NCBI GenBank assembly: GCA_951406725.2
Contig: OX597833.1
Coordinates: forward strand, 49,104,001 to 49,168,000
Direction of reading: 5' to 3'
Source: Octopus vulgaris
Taxonomy: Eukaryota
Length of the DNA stretch: 64,000 bases
In this document: positions 12,710 to 24,702 of the stretch, piece by piece
Layout of the letters: every line of letters starts with the position of its first letter
How positions within the stretch are numbered: the first letter of the stretch is position 1
Made by a program: the position numbers and the translations under genes
Notes under the pieces: generated by a model
Told to the model about the DNA's origin: nothing
The model's input: only the letters and a program-made list of their open reading frames with translations
The model's database searches: none

Positions 12710-13800
12710 ATAATAGCAGTTGAACCAACAATGTATATTAATGTTTCAGGTAAACGACAATTCCATTTTGTCTTAGCAGAGCAAAATGGATATTCGGAAA
12801 GTCTTGGAAAAGTTGAAAATTCCTAGGAGTGTTAACTGTTCCTGTTAGATATGATTCATCATCAGTAATCACCGTTTACATAAGCAGTGACTGAACTGTC
12901 GTTGAGTCATTGCCTACAGCTCAACTCTTAGCATTAGTAATTCTAATTCTAATGAACTGAAACCAATTTTGGCTGATGTCAAGCAATTGATGGAGGAGGA
13001 TTCCATCCTGTCCCATCCCATCCAAAGCAGGATATCAATTATATTTGTCATTGATACTGTTGTCTGGAAAAAATCTTGTGATCATAAAGTAAGGTTGTTG
13101 ATCAGTGGAGATGCAATCACTTAATCGTGAAGTTCTTGAAAACGGAATTACATACAGTTTGGGTTACCGTGACATGATAATTATGTATGAAGAGTAGCAG
13201 TTACTGCAATAGCATTTCACCTGATCGGTGGAAGATGCTTGTTATTTAGAAGAAAAATGTGCATAAACTACAGTGCATATGTGCACACATGCATTGTGCA
13301 CATGAACACATACATAAGCGAAATACTTCAGATTCAAATTATAAAATGGCTTTTCAGAGAAAAATATTTCGTTTAGTTGAAGTTTTATATTGAAATAAAT
13401 TTACTGTATTGTTTCCTCAATATAATCTGTAATGTGAGATAGAGAAGGGTCATAAATGTTAGGAATACTGAAATAAATGTATTTGGCTTCCATTTTCTAT
13501 GTTGTGAGCTGAAACCCTTTTTGATGTTGACTCTGATTTTCATTCTGCTAGGGCTAATAAAATATGTACCAAACTTGAACTGGAATGGATCCAGTCGATA
13601 TCCTCATCCCCTTCAAGTTTCACATGTCAAAGAAAGAAATCAATATAATGAAAGCATTTAAAGCCACTGACTTTGTTTCTATGTACAAATATTCATAGGC
13701 TATCTTACGCAGAGCCATGCAATAGTCTCCTCTTCCTCAATGCAAAACTCTCACATAATACTGCATAGAAATCAATCCGAAGATTTAGTAAATTTTCCTT

Positions 13801-14380
13801 GTGGCTGTATGGTAAGTAGCGTGTTTACCAACCACATGGTTCCGGGTTCATTCCCACTGCATGGCACCTTGGGCAAGTGTCTTCTACTATAGCTTCGGGC
13901 CGACCAAATCCTTGTGAGTGGATTTGGTAGACGGAAACTGAAAGAAGCCCGTCGTATATATGTATATATATGTATATGTATATGTTTACTACACTCTCGG
14001 AGTGGTTGGCATTAGGAAGGGCATCCAGCTGTAGAAACACTGCCAGATCAGACTGGAGCCTGGTGCAGCCTTCTGGCTTCCCAGATCCCCGGTCGAACCT
14101 TCCAACCCATGCTAGCATTTAGAACGGACATTAAACGATGATGATGATGATGATGTGTACGTGTATATGTTTGTGTGTCTGTGTTTGTCCCCCCAACATC
14201 GCTTGACTACTGATGCTGGTGTGTTTACCTCCCCGTAACTTAGCGGTTCGATAAAAAAGACCGATAAAATAAGTACTAGGCTTACAAAGAATAAGTCCTG
14301 GGGTCTATTTGCTCAACTAAAGGTGGTGCTCCAGCATGGCCACAGTCAAATGACTAAAACGAGTAAAAGAGTAAAGAGAG
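13801..14380 (+). mobile_element. SINE family A with a family B 3' fragment inserted in its microsatellite (about 13989-14155)
   Basis: Family A sequence resumes after the (TGA)n tail of the insert. Confidence 0.8.
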
Positions 14381-14412
14381 TTACATCCAAGTGCATTTTA
14401 CAGATTATTTGA

Positions 14413-14814
14413 TTTACTCTTTACTCTTTTACTCTTTTACTTGTTTCAGTCATTTGACTGCGGCCATGCTGGAGCACCGCCTTAAATCGAGCAACTCGAC
14501 CCCAGGACTTATTCTTTTGTAAGCTCAGTACCTTTTGCCAAACCGCTAAGTAACGGGGACGTAAACACACCAGCATCGGTTGTCAAGCAATGCTAGGGGG
14601 ACAAACACAGACACACAAACACACACACACGCATATATATATATATACATATATATGACGGGCTTCTTTCAGTTTCCGTCTACCAAATCCACTCGCAAGG
14701 CTTTGGTCGGCCCGAGGCTATAGCAGAAGACACTTGCCCAAGGTGCCACGCAGTGGGACTGAACCCGGAACCATGTGGTTGGTAAACAAGCTACTTACCA
14801 CACAGCCACTCCTG
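14413..14814 (-). mobile_element. SINE family A, tail-to-tail with the previous copy
   Basis: Reverse complement of the family A consensus. Confidence 0.85.
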
Positions 14815-16977
14815 TATGTTTTATAAAGATTATAATCTCTTAATGAAACTCTTTATCTTTTTACATTGAGTCTATTACACCATTGCAATCTGTACAGTTT
14901 GTCCTGTGGCAACTGCAAGAGTCTTATTTACAGTACTGGATTTCTATATCCAGACTTGCTCAAAATATTTGCTGCTATTAACAGATGTCTGAAAAACACG
15001 ACATTGTTATCTGTTTCTGCTTAGATGAATAGGTTTCTTTACAAGTGTCACATTGACATCAGCTGGTTCTTTACATTCAATACTTTTTTTTAATTCTCAG
15101 CATGCTTCTTTCCCATGTCTCTTTGGTTTTTTTTTTTTTGTTGTTTCCATTTTTCGTTCTTAGATTTATTCTTCCCTCCACTTTTTTCCATGATAATGTT
15201 ATTGCTGAGTTAAAATGAATACATTTAAAAAAAATTTTTTTTTTATGGGTGGGATCTATCTGTTGCATGTATTCATTAGAAATAATAACTTTCTGTTTGA
15301 ATTTTTTTTTTTTTTTTTTTTGTTAATGTGATCAACCTAAAACATCCACAGTTGTTGTTACATAAAGCGAATCCTTATTACATGCATTTTATGTATGATG
15401 TGTTGCTAGAATATTTCTTTTTTAACATGATTCTTTATTTCTTCCCACAAAATGTTGCGTTTATATTATAATAATAATATGTAACGAGTAGAATGAGTTT
15501 CCAAAACGAAAGACAGTTGAAATCCATTGCATAGTGATCAGTGATCAGCATTATGCCATTTTTCCCTTCTCTGTTCTTTTTTTATCAATCAAAAAAAAAA
15601 AAAAAAAAAAAGAATATCAAAATTAATATTGAAAGCTTATTGCAAAGTGTTATTAATAACCAAAATGTCAAAATTACCTCCCACTAGGGTTCTGTTCATG
15701 GCCACAGAATAAATAATTCGCTTCTGGTTAGTTACTGATCTTATAGAATGCATATATAACTTACATTACGATATTGCTCAAATGTCTGAACCAGTGCTGG
15801 TGCTACGCATGCATGGAGCTCTTAATCCATACCCAAAACCATGTCATCTGATTGATTGGCAAATATTTTACTAACTGCTTCTCTTTGCTTCTTTCACTCT
15901 GCTAGATACTGCTTTCTCTGAACTAACAAGCTGTTTAGTACTTCTACCCAAGGAGTTTGCTTCTGAACCGAATGGTTCCGGGTTCAGTCCCACTATGTGG
16001 AACCTTAGGCAACTGCCGTCTGCCATAGTCTTGGGCCAACCAAAGCCTTATGAGTGAATTTGGTAAGATGGAAGCTGGAAGAATGTGTTTAGTACTTTTG
16101 CCCAAGCTAGTGAAGGTGCATGGCTCAGTGGTTAGAGTGGCAGGCTTATAATCATGAGGTTGTGAGTTTGATTCCTGGACCAGGTTGTGTGTTGTGTTCT
16201 TGAGCAAGACACTTTAATTTTTGTTGCTCCAGTTCATTCAGCTGTAGACGTCACTAGTGGCAAGATGTATCAGCATTTGCATTTCCCTTGGACCACATTG
16301 CCTGGACTTGAACTTCAGAGGGGAACTTCTAGGTGCAATTCCATAGTCATTTGTGACCAAAAGAGGTCTTTCAAACTACCCAATCCACACTTAACCTTTT
16401 AAACTGAAATCTAATTACTTAACCCTTTAGCATTCATATTGCTCCCTTAACCTTTTAGTATCTAAACTGGCCATATCCGGCCAAAATAGTCTACCTGTTT
16501 TAGGGCCAAACTTGCTAGATCCTGCTACTCATACCTATCCTACAATGTCATTCTAAGGATAAGCAGTCACATCATTGAAATCTTGAGGCTCAAAGATAAT
16601 GCATGAGTAATTAATTCCAAGCAAGGTGCAGGAGTGGCTGTGTGGTAAGAAGCTTGCTTCCCAACCACATGATTCCGGGTTCAGTCCCACTGCATGGCAC
16701 CTTGGATGTCTTCTACTATAGTCTTGGGCTGACCAAAGCCTTATGAGTGGATTTGGTAGATGGAAACTGAAAGAAGTCCATCTGTGTGTGTGTGTGTGTG
16801 TCCATTGCTTGACAACCGGTGTTGGTGTGTTTATGTCCCTGTCACTTAGCAGTTCGGCAAAAAGAGACTGATAGAATAAAATATAATTGTCTATGTTCAA
16901 TGTTATTTAACTAATGTAAAATATTGCTTCCTTATGTTTCTATTGAATCTGATCAAAGTTTTCTTTTTCTTTTCTAG

Positions 16978-17048
16978 AGAATGGCAAATGCAGAGAACCT
17001 TTCAAACCAGCTTGTCCATTCATAGTCCAGATGTAGTTTTTGTTTTAG
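16978..17048 (+). CDS. MPPE1: MPPE1/PGAP5-like metallophosphoesterase, internal coding exon (first one found in window)
   Basis: Polypyrimidine tract + tag acceptor, gtaact donor. Translates (R)EWQMQRTFQTSLSIHSPDVVFVLG, matching the MPPE1 REWQM...VVFILG segment. Phase 1 end joins the next exon to give GDLFD. Confidence 0.9.
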
Positions 17049-17517
17049 GTAACTAATGTTTTATTCTTAAAGTTCTGAAATTACATATTTTTCTCTTGTT
17101 ACAAAAGAAAATATATGACATGTTTGGAAGGACCCTGTGCAATTCTCATGGAAGCTTATGTTTAGAATTTGTAGGATGTATCAACATGTTTGGAAGGACC
17201 ATGTGCAATTTTCATGGAATCTTATGTTTAGAATATATAAAATATGTAGGTGCAGGCATGGCTACGTGGTAAGAAGTTAGCTTCTCAACCACATGGTTCC
17301 AGGTTCAGTCTCATTGCATGACACCTTGGGTGAGTGCCTTCAACTGTAGCCTCAATGTGACCAAAGCCTTGTGAGTGAATTTGGTAGACAGAAACTGAAA
17401 GAATGTGTTTACTTCCCAATAACCTATCAGTTTGGCAAAAGAGACTGATAGAATAAGTACCAGGCTTTATACAAAAAATAAGAACTGGGCTCGATTTATT
17501 TTCTCTCTCTCTCTCTT

Positions 17518-17908
17518 TCTCTTTTACTTGTTTCAGTCATTTGACTGCGGCCATGCTGGAGCACCGCCTTTAGTCGAGCAGATCGACCCCGGGACTTATT
17601 CTTTGTAAGCCCAGTACTTATTCTATCAGTCTCTTTTGCCGAACCGCTAAGTGACGGGGGACATAAACACACCAGCATCGGTTGTCAAGCAATGTTAGGG
17701 GGACAAACACAGACACACAAACATATACATACACATACATATATACGACGGGCTTCTTTCAGTTTCCGTCTACCAAATCCACTCACAAGGCATTGGTCGG
17801 CCCGGGGCTATAGCAGAAGACACTTGCCCAAGATGCCACGCAGTGGGACTGAACCCGGAACCATGTGGTTGGTAAGCAAGCTACTTACCACACAGCCACT
17901 CCTGCGCC
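17518..17908 (-). mobile_element. SINE family A, full length
   Basis: Reverse complement of family A; an older + copy lies at about 17270-17495. Confidence 0.85.
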
Positions 17909-18237
17909 TTATTTGATTGTAAAGCAAAAAAAAAAAAATTCTTCAAGGTGGTACCCCAGCATGACCGCAGTCTAAAGGATTAGATTAAATGATTAAAAAG
18001 ACTATCAAGAATTTAGCAAATGGCTTAAAGAACATTGGAAAAAATCACATACAAAAGAAATTCTTCTTCTGTAATCTTCCAATATATGTATTAGATAAAC
18101 ATAATGGATTGAATGGTAGTCTTACCATGGGTATTAAGTCAAAACATCTGAAGGCTGCTCTGCTTCAACAGGTAACTGAATCAATTGTCTGAGTAGGACG
18201 GCTTAAATGCTCTTTGCTCAAAATACACAGATGCTCA

Positions 18238-18273
<36 letters not shown>

Positions 18274-19630
18274 GACACACATACTCACACACCAATAATA
18301 TACTGCTGGTCTATTTTTATTTCCTTTTCCTTATATATTCTAAATTTATTATTATCAACTATTTTATATTGCAATTATATATATACTAGCAGTATCGCCC
18401 AGCATTGCTTGGGTTTGTTTCAACCCTTTAAAATTGGAATTTTTGAAAAGTAAAAATTTTGCATCATGTAGCTTTTTATTCTCTTTAAGTGAACATTTTT
18501 CTGGTTGAAATACACCAAAAAATGGTGACACAGCAGTAAAAAAAATCGTAAAAAATAGGGATTTTCATAGAAAAAAAGCACCTTTTTGATGTAAATACTT
18601 TTTGGTGTTAACATCGTCCGATTTGAATTTTTCTTCTATGGAAGGAAGAGCAAGCCTTCTTCTATCATACTCTCAATTTTGGTCAACTTGCGCTGCAGGG
18701 TCACGGAGGAGATAGTGTTAGTTGAAGGCTACCAAACCTGCCATACACAGACAACTTCAGCTTTATATATAGAGAGATTTAATATTAGTTTCAAATTTTG
18801 GCTCAATGCCAGCAATTTCAGGGAAGAGGTAAATTGATTACATTGACCACAGCGATCAATTGATACTTAGTTTAACGACCCCAAAAGAATCAAAGGCAAA
18901 GTCAACCTCAGTGGAATTTGAACTCAGAACATAATGACAAATAAAATACTGCTAAGTGTTTTTTCTGTTCACTGCCTTCATCATCGTTTAACGTCCGTTT
19001 TCCATGCTAACATGGGTTGGACAGTTCGACCGGGGTCTGGGAAGCCAGGAGGCTGCACCAGGCTCCAGTCTGATCTGGCAGTGTTTCTACAGCTGGATGC
19101 CCTTCCTAACGTCAACCACTCCGTGAGTGTAGTGGGTGTTTTTTACGTGCCAGTCGAGGCTGGCAACGGCTATGATCAGATTGGTGCTTTTTACGTACCA
19201 TCGGCACAGAAGCCAGTCAAGGCGGCACTGGCATCGGCCACGTTTATATACATAAGATTTAATATTTCAGCTATATATAAATTAGCTTTTTCTACTTTGC
19301 GCACAAGGCTTGAAATTTTTTCCATGCTGTATGGGTCAGACAGAATTTGTCAAGGCAGATTTTCTATGGCTGGAAGCTTTTCCCAACACTAACCCTCGCC
19401 TGTTTCCAAGCAAGGTAATATTTCCCCATTGCCAGACATGTTATGCATGAAAGACTGGAAATGAACAAAACTGCTATGGGTGATAATCTCAAGGAATCTT
19501 TTTTAGCGTAAGCCCCAATAATCACTGTATTCTGTAAGGAGAAAGAATTCCAGGAATTATTAGTTTTGAAAGACATAATGATGAGATACTGTGACAAAAA
19601 AAAAACTATTCCCTTTTTCCCTTTTCCCCT

Positions 19631-20001
19631 TTACTTGTTTCAGTCATGTGACTGTGGCCATGCTGGAGCACCGCCTTTAGTTGAGCGAATCGACCCCAGG
19701 ACTTATTCTTTGTAAGCCTAGTACTTATTCTATCGGTCTCTTTTTTGCCGCACTGCTAAGTTATGGGGACGTAAACACACCAGAAATTGTTGTCAAGCGA
19801 TGTTGGTGGGGGGACAAACACAAACACATATATACATAGATACGACGGGCTTCTTTCAGTTTCTGTCTACCAAATCCATTCACAAGGCTTTGGTCGGTCC
19901 GAGTCTATAGTCAAAGACACTCAAGGTGCCAGGCAGTGGTACTGAACCCGGAACCATGTGGTTCATAAGCAAGCTACTTACCACACAGCCACTCCTACGC
20001 C
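19631..20001 (-). mobile_element. SINE family A
   Basis: Reverse complement of family A; head-to-head with an internally deleted + copy at 20294-20620. Confidence 0.85.
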
Positions 20002-21128
20002 TAGTATTAACAGGATATGTGATGCATCCATCATTAGTCATAATGATTGATGTACAACAGAAGAAGCACAATGATTTTATACTATATGTGATAGTTATCT
20101 TGCAGATAATTGTAATATTATATTATACATAATTGTAACATTATATCATATATGTTATCTTGCATATAGTCTAAATATCATATATAACTGTAACATCATA
20201 TCATGTATAGTAGTTATCTTGCATATAATTTTGATATTATACTATGCATAATTGCAGCTTTATATCATATATGATATTTTAATATAAGTACCAGGCGCAA
20301 GAGTGGCTGTGTGGTAAATAGCTTGCTTACCAACGCCTTGTGAGTGGATTTGGTAGACGGAAACTGAAAGAAGCCCATTGTATATATGTATATGTATATA
20401 TATATATATGTTTGTGTGTCTGTGTTTGTCCCCCCAACATCGCTTCACAACCGATGCTGGTGTGTTTACGTCCCCGTAACTTAGCGGTTCGGTAAAAGAG
20501 ACCTATAGAATAAGTACTAGGCTTACAAAGAATAAGTCCTGGGGTCGATTTGCTCGACTAATGGCGGTGCTCCAGCATGGCCGCAGTCAAATGACTGAAA
20601 CAAGTAAAAGAGTAAAAGAGTAGATAAACAAGGAGATTACATTTTTATAGCTACTCCAGAATGGCAGGGGTAATTCATTAAACTAGCTATCCGAACCCAG
20701 TTTCATATTCTAATAAATCTATGTGTCAAACATGATCACGTGACTGACCAGGCTATCAGATGTTGTCACACATCACTGGTCACAATGCGCTTCAAATGAC
20801 ACTGCCCTGCTGGCTAGGTGGGCAGGCCAACATTCCCACCTCATTGGAAGAGGCACTGGAGTAACATGAAATGAAGTGTTTTGCTCAAGAACACAACGCG
20901 CTGCCCAATCAGGGAATCAAACCCACAATCCAGCGATCATGAGTGCAACTGCCTAACAACTGAGCCACGCATCTTCATTAGGCACATGACCAAGTGGTTA
21001 GACTGTTTTGTACAAAAAGAAAAAGAAAAAAAAAATATATCTGTAAAGTAGTATAAGGACTGTTTAGATTAGATATGTGGAATACAGTTGTGATGGAACT
21101 AAAACACTATATTTTCTTTTTTTAATAG

Positions 21129-21270
21129 GAGATTTATTTGACGAAGGCAAATGGAGTTCTGATAAGGAATTCCAGTATCATGTCGATCGTTTTAAAAAGA
21201 TGTTTCATCATTCCAAAGATATATCATTCTATGCTGTTGTTGGCAATCATGATATAGGTTTTCATTATGA
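21129..21270 (+). CDS. MPPE1: MPPE1-like exon with GDLFDEG and GNHD motifs
   Basis: tttaatag acceptor, gtaagt donor. (G)DLFDEGKWSSDKEFQYHVDRFKKMFHHSKDISFYAVVGNHDIGFHY(D) contains calcineurin-like phosphoesterase motifs II and III. Confidence 0.95.
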
Positions 21271-22290
21271 GTAAGTATTACTTTTTGAAATTATTTTCAT
21301 TTTTTTTTTCTTTTTTTTTTTTCTTTCTTGGAAAGGAGGTTTTGAATGTTTCAAACAAGAATATAAAGTTAAAATATCTTCTTTTTCTTTTGGTATCATC
21401 ATATTTAATGCTGACCTGCTTGTGACTGCCTTTCGTGTCTCTATATAATAATAATAATAGCTGATATAAATCTAACTGCCAGATGGTTTTCACTAGTTCT
21501 GCTTTACATGGAATAGAGAGTAGGCAAAAGCAAGTATGAAATAGATAAGTGGATAGACAGACAGACAGACAGACACAGATAAATAGATAGATAGATAAAT
21601 AGAGAGAGAGTTAACATAAGGGGTGTAGGATTAGTGCACATGCTAAGCTTGAAGACAGGCAATGTCTCTCTCTCACACACACAGTGAAAGAGAAATAGTC
21701 AGAGACAGCGGAGGAAAGCGAGTACTATTAAATCTTTGTAAGATAGTTTTCTGTTACAGAATGCAAGAAAGTGTTCTCCTAATAGTCTGTTACAGTTAAT
21801 ATATTTATATGTATAAAAGGGTAAAGACCCCCTTCGGTCATGAATGACCATGGGATTGCACTTAGAAAGTTCCCCTCCGAGGCACAAGTCCAGGTAAGGT
21901 TGTTTACCTCTCCATGCTACCGATGTTATCCAAGGAAAATACAAAGGCCAGTACATAACAACTCATTTCTACAACTGAGTGAACTAGAGCAACGTGAAAT
22001 GAAGTGTCTTGCTCAAGAACACAGCGTAGTCCAGGAATTGAACTCACTACCTCATGATTGTGAGGTCAATGCTCTAACCACTGAACCATGTGCCTTCACA
22101 CACACATGCACACACACGCACACACATACATACTGAGTTTTTTTACTCCTATCTTTAGCAAAGCAGGTGCTTATTAGTACCCTATCATATATAAATATAT
22201 TTCTATATTTCATGTTTTTTTTTTAAATTTTGCTTATACGGCTTTTATGCTTGCAGCCACTAACGTTTTTATTTTTATGAATAATAATGT

Positions 22291-22335
<45 letters not shown>

Positions 22336-22929
22336 TTACGAAAATAAACAAAAGACGAAGGCAGGTGGAGTACAAACAAACAAATATATATATAGGGAGA
22401 ATTCACAAAAAAAAAACAAAAGACAAAGACAGGTGGTGTAGAAAACAAACAGATGTATTAGCATATCGCTTGGGAATTGAAAAAGTCTTTAATGTTTTGA
22501 GCCCACACTCTTCCACAGAAAGGAACACAGAGAGAAACAAGGAGAGAAAATAAAGAATGTGTAGTGGCTAGCGATCTATCATATATATATACATATATAT
22601 ATATATATGTATATATATATGTGTGTGTGTATATATATGTAGAAAGAGAGAGTGAGCAGGGGTCTTCCATAATGTAAAACCAATAAGGGGAGCAATTTTG
22701 TTTTTGATTTTTTAAAAACTTATTACATATCATTTTATTTAAATTATTTTAAGGTAATAGATACTTTCAATCAAAAATTAGCATTTATTTCATCATTTTG
22801 TGTCAGCACCAAGAAATTTGCTAAAAGTCAAATTATAATTATCATATCAATGCCTTATCTCCCGACATTACCTAGGCTGGCAAAATGATACTTCCAGAGT
22901 GACCAGCAATATGACAAGTAACTCTCTTG

Positions 22930-23132
22930 TATGACCGAGTGCTGAAAAGTTCCTGGCTTTGAGGTTATTGTGAAAGGCCTGGTCTGAGGGCCAATGTTCC
23001 AAGTTCTTTTACAGGGTTTAGAAAAACTGAAGGGCCGCTGCAATAAGTGTGTGAATCTGAGAGGGGAATATGTTGAATAAAATCATGATTATCTGATCCC
23101 AAAGCCAAGAACTTTTCAGCACTCTTCATGTA
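22930..23132 (+). mobile_element. Mariner-derived MITE
   Basis: TIRs GTGCTGAAAAGTTCCTGGC / GCCAAGAACTTTTCAGCAC. Interior encodes a transposase C-terminal remnant GLEKLKGRCNKCVNLRGEYVE*. Second copy inverted at 28923-29122. Confidence 0.7.
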
Positions 23133-24464
23133 AATGATAAGTCATAATTATATGCAAGATTGTTGTGTTAGGTTCCAAATACTAAGCTTAATAATTATTT
23201 TAATCTCTTCAAATTCTTGATTGATTTTTTTTTAAAGAAATTAATTGAAATATATAGACAATACTTTATTGTCAAATGCTCAAACCTGACATTGATGAGA
23301 TTGTCAAAGGTTATGATATTAGATTATTACTAATTAGTAAGATATAATTAAGTTGGTCTTCCATAAAAACAACCTTGCCCAGACTTGTACCTTGGAGGGT
23401 AACTTTCTAGGTGCAATCCCATGGTCATTCATGACTGAAGGGGGTCACAAAAATTAAGTTGGTAAACTGGCAGACTCATTTAAAAAAAATATCCTTTGCA
23501 TTTTTTTTCTGGCTCTTTTACATTCTGAGTTCAAATCCTGCCAAGGTTAATTTTGACTTTCGTCCTTCCAGGGTCAATAACATAAAATACCAGTCAAGTA
23601 CTGGGATTGATCTAATTTGACTACCCACCTCCATCTCAAAAATTGCTTGCTTTGTTCTTAAATCAGAAGCCATTATTAAGTTGTCCACTTTTTACGTCTC
23701 AGCTGTAGATAGGATAAGATCATTCAAAGTCTGACCATTATTTGATTAAATGATTGGAAATGTTATTCCTAGTTGTAGTAGTAACCATTGTAGAATTTCT
23801 TGCAAAACCATTCCTACAACCTGTGATTGCTACAGAGATATCAATGCAAACTTTCTAAACACCCTGTCTATAGATTATACTTCAATCTAATTTTGTTGTG
23901 ACAGCTTTATGTGTACAAGGAGACTATTGGCTTCTTTTTCATTAATTTAGCTATTACTTAAGAGTAACCTGTCTCTCTTTACCCCAATTCTTCAAGTTTT
24001 TCTGAACTTTGTTGTTCATACAATATTTTATTTTATTTTATTATTATTTTTTTTTTGCGGAGATAAACAAGAGCAATTTAATTAATAATAAATGAAGTGT
24101 TGTTTAGAGTTGTTATTAGAAGATATGCTGTTATCTGCGGTAACATCTGAAAAAAGTTAGATATTGATATACCATATAGTACATGTTGATTATAGAACAT
24201 AGATTTCCATTTGACCGTACCATCATGTCTCTTGTGTTCCATACTCTATAGAATTTAGAATAGTCAGTTACGCTGTGGTACAAAAGATCTTAAAATAGGA
24301 AATGTTAGATATGGAAACATAAATTGTAGACTAGTTAAAACTGAAGTATTATTAGTTGTAATATATGTGGACATTTGTTAGTTAGGCATCTGTTGGTCTT
24401 GAGAGACCATGGATCTCTACCTGGAAAATTTAGGTTAGATGCCAATGGTGATGCAACAATGGAT

Positions 24465-24702
24465 ATTTCTTATTTCTTTATTGCCCACAAGGGGCTAAAC
24501 ATAGAGGGGACAAACAAGGACAGACAAAGGGATTAAGTCGATTACATCGACCCCAGTGCGTAAATGGTACTTAATTTATCGACCCCAAAGGATGAAAGGC
24601 AAAGTCGACCTTGGCGGAATTAGAACTCAGAACATAACGTCAGACGAAATACTGCTAGGTATTTTGCCCGGCGTGCTAACGTTTCTGCCAGCTCGCCGCC
24701 TT
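24465..24702 (-). mobile_element. SINE family E monomer
   Basis: Head plus a single body unit; reverse complement of the 7475-8068 type. Confidence 0.8.

Noticed and set aside
17118-17234. About 66-bp tandem duplication after the first exon, and a degenerate about 60-bp triplet at 20090-20260
   Set aside because: Ordinary local slippage duplications with no coding or structural signal.
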